A stretch of 64,000 bases of DNA from Candidatus Poribacteria bacterium (GCA_965208675.1 OZ242351.1:2112001-2176000), one strand, 5' to 3'; counted from the stretch's first letter, positions 50,353-60,900 are shown. Numbers and translations: made by a program. Notes: generated by a model from the letters alone, not told the origin.

Positions 50353-51291
50353 TTACAAAATTTTCGCGAGCGACAGGTCTGCCAATGTAACTTCCGCCAA
50401 TACTCCACTCGTAAAGCTGCTCGACCGGTTATCTTTCCTTTCAAATCGATACGAAATGTTTATCACCGCCCGTAAGGGTTGCGAATAATCTTCCCTAGAG
50501 AGGTAAGGTTCCGGGGTTGATAACTGAGCGAAAACCAATGAATGTGAAGATGAATCATGAGTTATTATCTCACTTAGCCCCTCGCCATCACTTCCTGAAG
50601 TAGGAGGGTTCCCATTCCAATCCAAGTATCCTGTAGTCAGATCAGTAAGATTGGATTGCATGAGTGTTTTATGAACAAACTGATTGGGTGAAGATGGGGG
50701 TATTTTCGCAATTTTTTTAAGATTGTCCCTAACAAGATTATGGTCCATTTCAACATGGGTGTGATAACTCAGTGACGCATTTAAAAACTGCGGCGCACCA
50801 GTAGGATAAAGCTGTTCTTTGCGACTTGTTTGAAATCCTTGGTACACCAATAGCGTCGTGAGCATAACGAGAAAGATGACCGCATAAGCGGGCGACAATC
50901 TCGCCCATCGCCAACTCCGCTGAATGGGGTGTCGAAATAGCGAATTCAGAAAGAAACTACATCGGTCAAAAATTCTTCGACTGCCAGATACAAATGACAA
51001 CGACCTAACTAAACTTCTCCACCATGTTGGCCGCGGATTTTCCTCTATCGTACTCTGGAGTTGTTGCCAAAACAAGCTGTCATAGCCCTCGGGGGGAGTC
51101 GGTCGAACGTAATAATAGAGTAAGGCCTTCGTATTTCTTAAGGACTTCACTTCGTTCCGACAGCCGCGGCAAATTCCAAGGTGTTGCGCAATGGTGACAG
51201 TTTGACCCCTAGAGAGTGTACAGTCTATGTAGTCAGATAAGTAACGCTGAATGGATCGGCATTGAGGTTTCATGATTACCTCATTGTTCAA
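50353..51291 (-). CDS. Putative zinc-binding anti-sigma factor (zf-HC2)
   Basis: C...LSDYID..L......HLGICRGC motif, a TM segment, and position after the ECF sigma. Confidence 0.75.
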   Translation of the reverse strand: MNNEVIMKPQCRSIQRYLSDYIDCTLSRGQTVTIAQHLGICRGCRNEVKSLRNTKALLYYYVRPTPPEGYDSLFWQQLQSTIEENPRPTWWRSLVRSLSFVSGSRRIFDRCSFFLNSLFRHPIQRSWRWARLSPAYAVIFLVMLTTLLVYQGFQTSRKEQLYPTGAPQFLNASLSYHTHVEMDHNLVRDNLKKIAKIPPSSPNQFVHKTLMQSNLTDLTTGYLDWNGNPPTSGSDGEGLSEIITHDSSSHSLVFAQLSTPEPYLSREDYSQPLRAVINISYRFERKDNRSSSFTSGVLAEVTLADLSLAKIL

Positions 51292-51315
51292 TGAAACAAG
51301 GTACAGCCTTAAATC

Positions 51316-51906
51316 TTACGGAGAGAGATTAGTCAATTCCACATAAGGTTTCAACCGCTCCCTGAGTCTTTTTCTGGCGTAGTGCAAACGAGATCGTACA
51401 GTCCCCTCAGAACAGTTGAGAATTGACGCAATTTTGGGATGCGTTAATCCTTCAAACTCGTGCAAAATTACAACCATTCGATGCTTCATTGGCAAGCTAT
51501 TTACTGCCTGAGTAACCTGTCTTTGTAGTTCTTTCCTTTCAACACTCAAATGAGGGTTATTCCTTAAATTGGATGCGCGCTTCAGTTCTGAACGAATGTG
51601 AGTTTCGGTTGTTCCAGAGAGTGGGGCTTCACGACGGCGTTCCCGGCGTTTGACAAGGTTTATTGCCTGATTGACAACAATGCGATAAAGCCAAGTCTCA
51701 AAGGCAGACTCTTTCCGAAAGCTATGAATTGATTCATAAACTTTCAAAAACGTATCTTGCATGACATCGTTAGCATCTTCATGATTCTTAGTAATTTGGA
51801 AAGCTAGACGGTAGACAAGCCTTGTGTATTTCTCGACAATAATCGCTAATGCCGTCATATCTCCTGCACGGAGATTTTCGATAAGCAAAACTTCGGTACG
51901 TTCCAC
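51316..51906 (-). CDS. ECF RNA polymerase sigma factor
   Basis: DANDVMQDTF, FETWLYRIVVN and EGTVRSRLHYAR. Confidence 0.93.
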   Translation of the reverse strand: MERTEVLLIENLRAGDMTALAIIVEKYTRLVYRLAFQITKNHEDANDVMQDTFLKVYESIHSFRKESAFETWLYRIVVNQAINLVKRRERRREAPLSGTTETHIRSELKRASNLRNNPHLSVERKELQRQVTQAVNSLPMKHRMVVILHEFEGLTHPKIASILNCSEGTVRSRLHYARKRLRERLKPYVELTNLSP

Positions 51907-51944
51907 TGGGCATTATCTCCCTGATTTCCCGCTTTCAATTTACA

Positions 51945-51973
51945 TTAGACAAAGAAGGCTCAAAAACCGTTCA
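51945..51973 (-). promoter_or_regulatory. ECF-type (autoregulatory) promoter
   Basis: Minus strand TGAACGG-16 nt-GTCTAA, resembling the RpoE/AlgU GAAC..TCT.A pattern, ~40 nt before the sigma start. Confidence 0.6.
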
Positions 51974-52005
51974 AAAATTTTTCGATGTTTTCTGATGCCC
52001 ATTAA

Positions 52006-52892
52006 GAGCCTGTTTGAAAAAGAAAAAAGATGTCTGAACGGTTGATGTTTACGTTTACTCACTGGAGCAGTTGATTCCGAACCAATGAAGGGAGTAAACA
52101 TGAACCGAAAACGTTATCCTAGTGATTTGACCGATGTACAATGGCAGAAACTGTCAGCGTTTCTGCCAACCCCTCAACCATTAGGTAGACCTCTAAAATG
52201 GGAGATGTACTTAATTGTCAATGCCATCTTTTATGTCGTCAAGTCCGGTTGCCAGTGGCGAATGCTACCATACGATATGCCGCCGTGGCAAACCGTCTAT
52301 TACCATTTTAGGAAGTGGGAAGCCGACAATACATGGCTCTTGATTCATCAGGCACTTCACGAACAATCACGCTGTGATGGTGGCAAAGAACCATCACCGA
52401 CAGCAGCTATCATTGACAGCCAATCCATTAAGACAACTGAACTGGCGACGACTCGCGGTTTTGATGGTCACAAGAAGGTCAAAGGACGCAAACGACATCT
52501 AGTAACGGATACGACGGGTATTCCATTGATGGTCAAAGTCACTGACGCGAATGTCAGTGATAATCAGATTGCTATCGAGTTACTAACAGAAGTGTTTAGC
52601 TGGTACATAACCATTCAGTTGGTGTGTGCCGATGCCGCCTATCGTGGAGAATTGGAAGACTGGTTATATTTTGCTCATCAATGTCAACTGGAGATTGCAT
52701 CTACGCTAGGACAGCAGAAGTTTGAAGTTATCCCGTTACGATGGATTGTTGAGCGCACATTTTCTTGGCTTGGTTGGTTTCGTCGATTGACTTTGGATTA
52801 TGAACGCTATCCTAGGACTGCTGAGACTATGGTGTACATCGCTTCCATTTACTTAATGCAAAATCGAATCAAATGACTTTTCAAACAGGCTC
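52006..52892 (+). mobile_element. IS5 family (IS1031-like) insertion sequence, 887 bp
   Basis: Perfect 15-bp TIRs GAGCCTGTTTGAAAA, with TAA target duplication at 52003-52005 and 52893-52895. Confidence 0.93.
52085..52876 (+). CDS. IS5 family transposase (intact single ORF)
   Basis: YPSDLTD.QW, GCQWRMLP, IIDSQSIKT, GRKRHLVTD, ADAAY and RWIVERTFSW. Confidence 0.95.
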   Translation: MKGVNMNRKRYPSDLTDVQWQKLSAFLPTPQPLGRPLKWEMYLIVNAIFYVVKSGCQWRMLPYDMPPWQTVYYHFRKWEADNTWLLIHQALHEQSRCDGGKEPSPTAAIIDSQSIKTTELATTRGFDGHKKVKGRKRHLVTDTTGIPLMVKVTDANVSDNQIAIELLTEVFSWYITIQLVCADAAYRGELEDWLYFAHQCQLEIASTLGQQKFEVIPLRWIVERTFSWLGWFRRLTLDYERYPRTAETMVYIASIYLMQNRIK

Positions 52893-52947
52893 TAAGCAGC
52901 CCAATTCCATTGTCGGGATAAAAGAAAATTAGCGAAACGCCGCCGTG

Positions 52948-54447
52948 CTAATCACATGTGTAACTCAACAACAATTCCCGTTTAGGCGGCGAGACTTGGC
53001 GGTTGGCCAAATTCCGTTGATTCATATAATACACATGGAGGGAATGAAGCTGCTTCATTCCGGTGTTCGACTCGTTCCAACGGTGACACAAATACTCTCC
53101 ATAATGCATTCTATACGGGTCTCCTAACTTCACATATTTCCGCATATACCGCCGCCACCGCGCACTTTCGTAGAGCGAAATCACCAGTTCGGGTTTATCC
53201 CAAAGAACTTCCTCTCCAGGCTTCAAAAGGTTTACCCTCGTACCGTCTTTCAGTTGCCCGGTGATAACGAACCATCCGTTCTTTTTCGACGGACCTGCGA
53301 ACACCCCCCATGCCTGATCCAATCCAAGGGCATATCCAATCGGATTGATAACACTAGGGAAAAACCTATAAAGCGGTTTGTTGGCGGTTCGAAGATTCCA
53401 AAACAACACGTAAATCAGTAGAAACACAACGGCACCATTCAACAGACGCGCCCAAATAGTCTTGTTTCCTTGGCGATCAAAAGTGGGTGACTTTATTTTC
53501 AGGCGATCCCAAACCCAACTTGGGATGAATAAAAGCCACGCAGCGCTACAGATATATCCGAACAGCCACAACTCGAGACAAATACCCATACCTAGGTGAA
53601 ACAACCAAAACGCCGCGATGATACCGCACCGAACCGGACCTCTGGCAACAATGGGGAACAGCGCGAGCAACGGCCCAAATAGCTCAAGCCCCAATGTGCC
53701 ATAGTTGAGCAACTTCAATAGGATCGGGTTAGCATCAAGTAGCCACTTTCCGATGGGCGTCACATACCGATCGAGCATCAACGCATAATAGACGCCATCA
53801 CCTTGGATATACCACGTATTGCGTGATTTCAATAACCCAGCGAACCAGTATATTATGCAGACCTGCAGCAGAATTGCAGCCGCACCTATGGAACGGACAG
53901 TGCTTGAGGCGGGACGGATACCCCGGTTCCGATAGGCATCAACGCCGTAACGGCTGCCAAGCGGCAAAAACATACTCCAAAATAACAACACACGCAATAC
54001 ATGGTCGCCACCTTGAAGTACCTGCGGGTTTCGCCGATGCAACGACAGCATCAATAGCCAAACAATCGGAGTTACTAGCCGCGTATGGTAACCAACAAGC
54101 ATCGCAAGGGCGAATGCACCCGTAATGAGGAATAAAACAGCTTGAAACTCAACGGAACCATTGAACAAGTGCAGCGAAAATCCCCATAATGGAAGCCGCC
54201 TTCGCCCCGCTTCTATCGGCCACGCACCATCGTCCGCATAATGCGCCGTCAAATCACCCGCACGCGTCAACAAGTCAACCAGAATCAAAGTTGCGATTGC
54301 AATGCGAAACACCGCTAGTGAACGCAAATCTATCGAAAATATTTCGCAGATTCTAGGATACCACAGCGACGATTTGCTTGCCAAGAATGTGTACAACTTT
54401 GTGAGTTTCAACCCACCTGTCCCAAAAATGAAATCCCGATTTCTCAC
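52948..54447 (-). CDS. HTTM domain membrane protein (start uncertain)
   Basis: IDLRSLAVFRI, RNP....GD....LLFWSMFLPLG and LDQAWGVFA. Confidence 0.75.
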   Translation of the reverse strand: MRNRDFIFGTGGLKLTKLYTFLASKSSLWYPRICEIFSIDLRSLAVFRIAIATLILVDLLTRAGDLTAHYADDGAWPIEAGRRRLPLWGFSLHLFNGSVEFQAVLFLITGAFALAMLVGYHTRLVTPIVWLLMLSLHRRNPQVLQGGDHVLRVLLFWSMFLPLGSRYGVDAYRNRGIRPASSTVRSIGAAAILLQVCIIYWFAGLLKSRNTWYIQGDGVYYALMLDRYVTPIGKWLLDANPILLKLLNYGTLGLELFGPLLALFPIVARGPVRCGIIAAFWLFHLGMGICLELWLFGYICSAAWLLFIPSWVWDRLKIKSPTFDRQGNKTIWARLLNGAVVFLLIYVLFWNLRTANKPLYRFFPSVINPIGYALGLDQAWGVFAGPSKKNGWFVITGQLKDGTRVNLLKPGEEVLWDKPELVISLYESARWRRYMRKYVKLGDPYRMHYGEYLCHRWNESNTGMKQLHSLHVYYMNQRNLANRQVSPPKRELLLSYTCD

Positions 54448-54626
54448 GAGTACGGACTTTCCGCGGCTGCTTGCCCAATTTTATGTCCTACAACAACGGT
54501 TAAGCTAGCACGCGCGGTACGCCCGAAAACCGATGCCTACGCAAGTCACGGTCGGCAGTCGAATAGATTTCTGACGCTATGGGCTTTCACCATTTATTCC
54601 ACGTTCCGCGCAACTTTATCGGCTAT

Positions 54627-55982
54627 TCAATCATTGTCACCTTCCTCGAGTTCTGCGCGGCCTTTGTTTTCTTGCCTCCTTTTGGAATCACGCAGTGTAT
54701 TGGAGATATGCGAATCGAATTGATCGGAAATTCCAAGCAAACTTTCCAGTAATTTAGCTCCGTCGATATAATTCCCGACAAGAATTTCGCTCTCACCCGC
54801 GGCGATTAACCGCTCGATAGCGTTCATGTCTACTGACGCTAGTTTCCTAAACATCCCCCTAGTTTTATCCCATGCGGAAACCTCTTTATAGCAAATTCCA
54901 AGGTTAAGATAAAGGTTAGGCAGGTCTATATCGCGGACCCCCAGATCAAGGACCTTTTCCAAACAAGCGCCCGCACGCTTGTAATCTTCCGACATATAAT
55001 GCATCAAACCTAGATTATAAACTACATCATTCAGCAAAGCGCCATCTCCCGCCATACTTGCCTTTACGTCTGGCCCCTCAAGTAAACCGCTTGCCATCAA
55101 CAGACGACGTGGATTGTATCCAAATGTTGGTGATGCCACCCAACTTTTGAATTCCGCCCGTTGATTTAGAGACGGTCTTGGCGCCGCGTTGCGTATCTGG
55201 GTAGGCGTCTCATCTTCTTCAATCGGCAACGGCTCGCGCGCTAATTTTGCCGATGTTTCGGCACTAGAGATTTCAAAACCGCTAAGTGCGTCCAATCGTT
55301 GCCGCGCAAGTGCGCATTCCTCCGCAGCATTTGGAAATTGAGCAATTACTCGCCGGTAGGTCTCCGCAGCGTTTTCGGAGGAATTAAGGGATTCATGAAT
55401 AGTTCCGACCTTCAACAACACTTCAGGAATACGCGAATCAGTAGCGTAACGCGTTTCGTAATTTGCTAACGTTTTGAGCGCAGCCGTGTTTGCCCCCAGT
55501 TGGACGTAGCAATCGGCAAGATGCAATCGAGCTGCTGGCGTTCGTGGATCCTGGGAAAAATCTAGGATGAATTGAAGGTATCTGCGTCGAGCAACTTCGT
55601 AGTTCCCGTTTTCTTGGCTCCGGTTTGCAAGTATCCACAACGCATCACCCGCTTGTGAACTTGTCGGATAAGATTGGACGATTTTCTCAAAAATCTTTAT
55701 TGCTTTTTCATCTTCACCGGGCAGTCCGTCGTAAATCCTTCCAATTTTGAATTGGGCATTTCGAGCCTGTTCTGAACCGGGATTGGCTCGCATAATCTCC
55801 AAGTAACGGGCTATCGCCCTTTGAGGGTTTCCATTGGGAAGCTGATTTTCAATACGCGACATGGGCGACCGGGGGGAACAACTCACCGCCCACAAGAGGA
55901 ACCAAATTGTTCCGAGACGAATCATAACATGTGGCAGGGTACACGTTGCCATAGGGATAAGAGTATCTTCTACGAAGCGCAA
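54627..55982 (-). CDS. TPR (lipo)protein
   Basis: Hydrophobic segment ending in AVSC, followed by YPxS..A..A TPR repeats. Confidence 0.75.
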   Translation of the reverse strand: MRFVEDTLIPMATCTLPHVMIRLGTIWFLLWAVSCSPRSPMSRIENQLPNGNPQRAIARYLEIMRANPGSEQARNAQFKIGRIYDGLPGEDEKAIKIFEKIVQSYPTSSQAGDALWILANRSQENGNYEVARRRYLQFILDFSQDPRTPAARLHLADCYVQLGANTAALKTLANYETRYATDSRIPEVLLKVGTIHESLNSSENAAETYRRVIAQFPNAAEECALARQRLDALSGFEISSAETSAKLAREPLPIEEDETPTQIRNAAPRPSLNQRAEFKSWVASPTFGYNPRRLLMASGLLEGPDVKASMAGDGALLNDVVYNLGLMHYMSEDYKRAGACLEKVLDLGVRDIDLPNLYLNLGICYKEVSAWDKTRGMFRKLASVDMNAIERLIAAGESEILVGNYIDGAKLLESLLGISDQFDSHISNTLRDSKRRQENKGRAELEEGDND

Positions 55983-56059
55983 GTTTAAATGATAGTTGGC
56001 TATCTAGCGCGCACGACCCACTCAATGTTCATTGAAACGTCTACAAACCGAGTTAAAAA

Positions 56060-56100
56060 CAAAAAAGGACAATATGTATACGATATATTGTCCTTTTTTG
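56060..56100. terminator. Intrinsic terminator (bidirectional-looking) downstream of the Ig-like lipoprotein
   Basis: CAAAAAAGGACAATAT...ATATTGTCCTTTTTTG inverted repeat. Confidence 0.75.
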
Positions 56101-56137
56101 CATACTGGAACCTTTAAGGGAGAATTATAAGCTGCAA

Positions 56138-56836
56138 TTATTCTTTGCCCTTGGTTGTGAATGAAATTGTCGAATCCAATTTATTCCCGGCTCCGTCCTC
56201 GGTCGAAACTTTAATTTCATACGTTGTTTCGTTGCCAAGTTCTGCGCCTTTTGCAGGAACAATTGTTACTGAATTCGCACTCCATTCTGCCAACCAATTC
56301 AGCGCATCTCCACCCTCAATTGAGATTGAGATATCGCCTTCTTTGACATCTTCGCTGAACGTAATTGAGATGCCATCCGTATTGAGTCCGGCCGGGTCGA
56401 CATCTTTGTCATTGTTGCTCACCGAACTGCTGTCAATGGAAGGTGCTGTTGTGTCTGCCTCAGCTTGAATGGTTAAGGCGACACTCCCTGAACCGGCAGT
56501 ACCATCTTTGTTTGTCCAGCCGATGTTCAGCGTTGCGCTCCCTGCCGGCAAATTAAGACCCGCAAGATTTAAGGTCCACGTTTTCCCGGAACCCGCAGCG
56601 GCGGTGCCATTCACCGTGACGCCGTCAACTGCTTCATCAAGCGTAATTGTAAGGCTGGCATTTGGGGCAACTTCACTGCCCGCTGCGGGCGAGGTAGTCG
56701 CGGTCGTCGCTGAAGGCTGTTCCACAGCTTCGTCCTCACCGTCGTCCTCACCAGTCTCGTCGCCACCACAGCCGACCATAAAAACAACTAGCATTGCAGC
56801 CATTATAACAGCTAAGGTTCTCAACAATTTTTGCAT
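56138..56836 (-). CDS. Lipoprotein with two bacterial Ig-like (Big_5/SbsA-like) domains
   Basis: Lipobox MVGC, acidic linker, and DTTAPSI...ISITFSEDV...D.AGN. Confidence 0.8.
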   Translation of the reverse strand: MQKLLRTLAVIMAAMLVVFMVGCGGDETGEDDGEDEAVEQPSATTATTSPAAGSEVAPNASLTITLDEAVDGVTVNGTAAAGSGKTWTLNLAGLNLPAGSATLNIGWTNKDGTAGSGSVALTIQAEADTTAPSIDSSSVSNNDKDVDPAGLNTDGISITFSEDVKEGDISISIEGGDALNWLAEWSANSVTIVPAKGAELGNETTYEIKVSTEDGAGNKLDSTISFTTKGKE

Positions 56837-57098
56837 TAGTCTACTCCTTCATGAAAGAAATTTAAAAACGATAAAATGACTGTGTCAAATTTTTGCAACC
56901 TGATACAGTTTTCAACGTCAAATCCTTTGTATTCCCTCTCGGGAAGATGGTTAACAAGAATATTCAGACCGCTGTTGGAAACGCCTTCGACCCAACAACA
57001 ATTCCAAATTGAAATTGAAACGTTGGTTTGAAATCAGATGCGAGCATTTTCGATTGACAAACGCTCTTTTGTCTTGCTTCTCCTGCAACGTGGATAAT

Positions 57099-57127
57099 AG
57101 TCTACCAAATTTTAAAATTTTTGTAAA
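57099..57127 (-). promoter_or_regulatory. Sigma70-type promoter ~260 nt upstream of the Ig-like lipoprotein
   Basis: TTTACA-17 nt-TAGACT on the minus strand. Confidence 0.45.
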
Positions 57128-57676
57128 GAAAAATCTTCACATAAATCAAAAAATTCGGTCTTTAGTAAATCCTGCTTCAACGAGCATTGTTGAAAACTTA
57201 AGCGTTGGTTATTGAAATACGTGTTTCAGTTGAGGTCTTCCTACCAACGATAGCATCAGCCCGTTGGTTCACTTGCGCAGGTTTACGCTTTTTGCAAAGG
57301 ATTGCCGGTGGGGCCGGTATTTACTCATTCAAACGCGAGCCAAAGTACTCTACCGGACATATATACAGTTTTAGTTTTTTTCCGCCTCCTCGCTCAAGCT
57401 CAAACTAAGGCATTTAGGCGGAAAAACCAGACACATACATAAACTCTCGCCCATTCTCTTTCTGAGAATGGCGCAAGTATAGCACATTACAAAAAACTTT
57501 GCAACAAAAATTTGCGGTATTTCTTAACCGCAACCAAACGTTCAAAATACTCGAATTCATCCCTGTTTGCACGACCAAACGTACTCTGAAACCTATGTAA
57601 ATCATTCCAAATACCAATTCGCTATGCACTAAAGCCGACTGGACGCGAATTACGGGGCTGTTCCGGCAATTTCCGG

Positions 57677-58573
57677 TTAATCCCCCCATGCGGCTCCTCG
57701 GGGAACCCACAACCATTGTCCTTTATAAATTCTATCGCGGTCAAAGTCGTAATCATCTTGATTAGCCTCGACCAGCCTTGGCCAAAGCGCGCCGTTGTCA
57801 TAAACCTCCGGGCGAGCGGCAATCGTTCGGAGAGTATCACCCTTACGAACATTGTATCGGCTCACCTTTTCGGGAGAAGCAATTGTAAAGCTAAAGGAAT
57901 AAGGTTCAGACAAAGCGTTGCCGGCCGTATCCATGACACCGGACACAGTAACACTGTATTGCCGCCCTGCCCGCATTGGTGCGTCCGAAACAAAAGTCAC
58001 CATATTGTCGGATCCGCCGATTGTTCCCGAAACTGGGCCAGATTCCTGGCTCATTGAGTCCGGGGTCGATTCAACTTGAACTGCAATAACGCCTGATTGA
58101 CTATCGACGTTTTCGTCAAAAGTGATCGACACAGCAACATTCACCTTCAGTGAATCATCATACTCAGATATTGTTGCTCCATCTGAGGGATCTGACGCAG
58201 TAATGTTCGGCGGGGTCGCATCAGTGTACACGAATTTTTGACCTAATGTCACCGGTTCATCAGGTTTACTGTTGTTTGTTACAACAACTTCAGCGGATTG
58301 CCCCGCTGCGCCCGCCGGCGTTACTGCTGTAATTTCAGTTTCGCTTGGAACATTTACATTGGTGCCCGCTTTCCCGTCGAAAGTCACAACCACACCCTTC
58401 TTCATGTCAAACTTGTCGCCTGAAATTCTGACCGTTGTCCCACCTGTCTCCGGCCCGTCAGTTGGGCTCATACTCTGCGGTTCAGGTGGAGAAGCGCAAC
58501 CCGCGCAGCCGGATATCCATGCGGCCACAAATGTCAAAGCAACAATTGTTGTGAAATTTCTGAATTTCCTCAT
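57677..58573 (-). CDS. Lipoprotein with IPT/TIG, Ig-like and LysM domains
   Basis: ISGC lipobox, SPTDGPETGGTTVRISG (TIG), DTAGNAL, and YNVRKGDTL..IA...Y...W..L..AN...IY.GQ.L.VP. Confidence 0.85.
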   Translation of the reverse strand: MRKFRNFTTIVALTFVAAWISGCAGCASPPEPQSMSPTDGPETGGTTVRISGDKFDMKKGVVVTFDGKAGTNVNVPSETEITAVTPAGAAGQSAEVVVTNNSKPDEPVTLGQKFVYTDATPPNITASDPSDGATISEYDDSLKVNVAVSITFDENVDSQSGVIAVQVESTPDSMSQESGPVSGTIGGSDNMVTFVSDAPMRAGRQYSVTVSGVMDTAGNALSEPYSFSFTIASPEKVSRYNVRKGDTLRTIAARPEVYDNGALWPRLVEANQDDYDFDRDRIYKGQWLWVPRGAAWGD

Positions 58574-58666
58574 GCGTTTTTCTCCTGAACAATTAAGGTT
58601 TGAAAATCACCCAATGCGAAGCCGCGTAGCAATTAAAGCGGTTATATTCAATCGGCAATTTCTTCT

Positions 58667-58695
58667 AGTATACAGGCTAACACGAACTTTGTCAA
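58667..58695 (-). promoter_or_regulatory. Sigma70 promoter of the LysM gene
   Basis: TTGACA-17 nt-TATACT. Confidence 0.65.
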
Positions 58696-58757
58696 CAGCA
58701 AAAAGGATTGAATGTGAACAAATGCCGTTTGCCGGCTGCGACGCGTAGGCCTAAGTT

Positions 58758-60017
58758 CTATACTCGGACAATATCTGCACCAACATCCGCCAATTTCCTT
58801 TCAATAGATTCATATCCCCGATCGATGTGGTAGACACGAGCGACAACTGTTTCACCTTTTGCCACCATACCGGCGAGTACCAAAACCGCCCCGGCCCGAA
58901 GGTCGGATGCCATGACTGGTGCTCCACTAAGCTTGTCGACGCCGCGTATTATGGCGCGGTTGCCTTCAATGTCGATATTGGCGCCCATACGGTTTAGTTC
59001 GCTGACATGCATGAATCGATCTGTATGAATAGTTTCCGTAACTGTACTGATTCCAGGGGTAACGCTGAGAAGTCCAATAATCTGTGCCTGCATGTCTGTC
59101 GGAAAACCTGGAAATGCCTCTGTATTCACGTCGATAGCGGCTAATTGGTGAGGCGTTGTTACACGAACGCCATTTTCTTCCCAATCCAATTGAACACCTG
59201 CTTCAAGTAGCTTGTCTGAAACTGCACCAAGGTGATTGCGGAGCGCATTTTGCACGAAGACATCGCCGTTAGTAATTGCACTAGCTACCATGAATGTGCC
59301 TGTCTCAATGTCATCTGGAATCACGGTATACTCAGTGCCGCGTAATTGCTTGACACCGTGAATTTTCAGAACTGGTGTTCCAATGCCGTGAATTTCTGCT
59401 CCCATCGCATTGAGGAAGTTGGCAAGATCGACGATGTGCGGTTCACGAGCAGCATTGCGAATGGTTGTTGTGCCTTCTGCCAATGCTGCCGCCATCATGA
59501 CATTCGCTGTTGCACCAACGCTTGGCCCATACCTGCCTTTCAAATTCATTTTAGCGCCAATCAATCGATTGGCTTCCGCAGTAATGTAACCGCCTTCGAT
59601 CGTAACTCTAGCTCCCAGGCACTCTAACCCTTTCAAGTGCAGGTCTATTGGACGCGGTCCAATCGAGCAGCCGCCGGGAAACGCGACTTTCGCCTTACCT
59701 AGGCGCGCGGCAAGCGGCCCCAAAACGTACACTGATGCGCGCATCTTCCGAACCAAATCATAGGGTGCCTCGTAAGCAGTGCGGTTTATCGGCTTGACAT
59801 GGAGCGTGGCATTTTTGTATTTCGTCGCTGCTCCCAGCGTTTCAAGGACACCGCATAGCGTCTCAACGTCCCTGAGATTGGGAACATTGTGGATGACACT
59901 GGCGCCATCCGCTAAGATTGCTGCAGCAATGGCAATGGGAAGCGCGGCGTTTTTTGAACCGCTGACGGATACGGTGCCTTCAAGCCGTTTGCCGCCATTG
60001 ATGACTAATTTATCCAT
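58758..60017 (-). CDS. murA: UDP-N-acetylglucosamine 1-carboxyvinyltransferase
   Basis: SGSKNAALP, PGGCSIGPRPIDLH (catalytic Cys present), PGFPTDMQ and HIDRGYE. Confidence 0.97.
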   Translation of the reverse strand: MDKLVINGGKRLEGTVSVSGSKNAALPIAIAAAILADGASVIHNVPNLRDVETLCGVLETLGAATKYKNATLHVKPINRTAYEAPYDLVRKMRASVYVLGPLAARLGKAKVAFPGGCSIGPRPIDLHLKGLECLGARVTIEGGYITAEANRLIGAKMNLKGRYGPSVGATANVMMAAALAEGTTTIRNAAREPHIVDLANFLNAMGAEIHGIGTPVLKIHGVKQLRGTEYTVIPDDIETGTFMVASAITNGDVFVQNALRNHLGAVSDKLLEAGVQLDWEENGVRVTTPHQLAAIDVNTEAFPGFPTDMQAQIIGLLSVTPGISTVTETIHTDRFMHVSELNRMGANIDIEGNRAIIRGVDKLSGAPVMASDLRAGAVLVLAGMVAKGETVVARVYHIDRGYESIERKLADVGADIVRV

Positions 60018-60336
60018 CGTACAGCCTCCTTGTTATCTAATCGCCGGTGTCATGTCGTAACAAGCACGTGTGAGGACAAATCGACATGTCTCCATTTTAC
60101 CCATGTTCCAATTGGTTAATTACATGACACTAGCAAAATGACTTCCTTGTGTTTAGAACCAACGATATCAACACGCCGTTCGTTTCGCTGAAGGCTAAAA
60201 CGGTTTTGAATTCAGATGAACCGTGCCAAGAAAACGCGGCGTTTGTATTACGCCGCATTCCGTGGATTTGCTGCGGTGATATTGACTGATGAACGTTGGA
60301 TGGCAAGGAATTGTGGTACCGTTTGCGTATCGGTTT

Positions 60337-60900
60337 CTAGAAGGGTCTACCCCTCCGGTTGAGGGCTGCAGGGACCTCATTCCTAACGGGTTTAATTGTT
60401 TTCAGATATGCCCACATCGCCTTAAGATCGGCATCGCTCATATTTGCATAAGCGCCTTTGGGCATCGGAGGAAGAATGCGCCGATTACCTTTGTCACCTT
60501 GATGAAATCCGGTCCGCATTGCATCAATAAACATTTTTTCTGTCCATTCACCGAGTCCTGTTTCGTTATGAGGCGTCAGATTCGCGGCAAAGGTTGTTCC
60601 GAAGGGGCCAGAAAATGCGGCAAGTGTAGGCGCAGTTAACATGAAAATATTCTGTTGTATCAAGCTAAAATCGTATTTGGGATGTGGTGCATTTGCCGGA
60701 TGTCCGGCGAGATACATCCTCATGTCAGGTTCAGCTCGTGCACGCGGTGTGTGGCACTGACCGCAAGCCCCAACCGCATCCACAAGATATTTTCCGCGTT
60801 TGACCATGTCACCCTGGCTTTGTGCGTGATTAAAAGTAAGTATCATGAGCGTTAATATTGAAATTATTATGGTCCCAAGTATCCACCTTTTTTTGATCAT
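60337..60900 (-). CDS. Monoheme cytochrome c, exported
   Basis: Signal peptide, RGKYLV...CGQCHTP, NLTP...G.G.W and PPMP. Confidence 0.85.
   Translation of the reverse strand: MIKKRWILGTIIISILTLMILTFNHAQSQGDMVKRGKYLVDAVGACGQCHTPRARAEPDMRMYLAGHPANAPHPKYDFSLIQQNIFMLTAPTLAAFSGPFGTTFAANLTPHNETGLGEWTEKMFIDAMRTGFHQGDKGNRRILPPMPKGAYANMSDADLKAMWAYLKTIKPVRNEVPAALNRRGRPF

Noticed and set aside
58758-60017. Fosfomycin-resistant MurA variant
   Set aside because: The active-site Cys (PGGC) is retained, not replaced by Asp.
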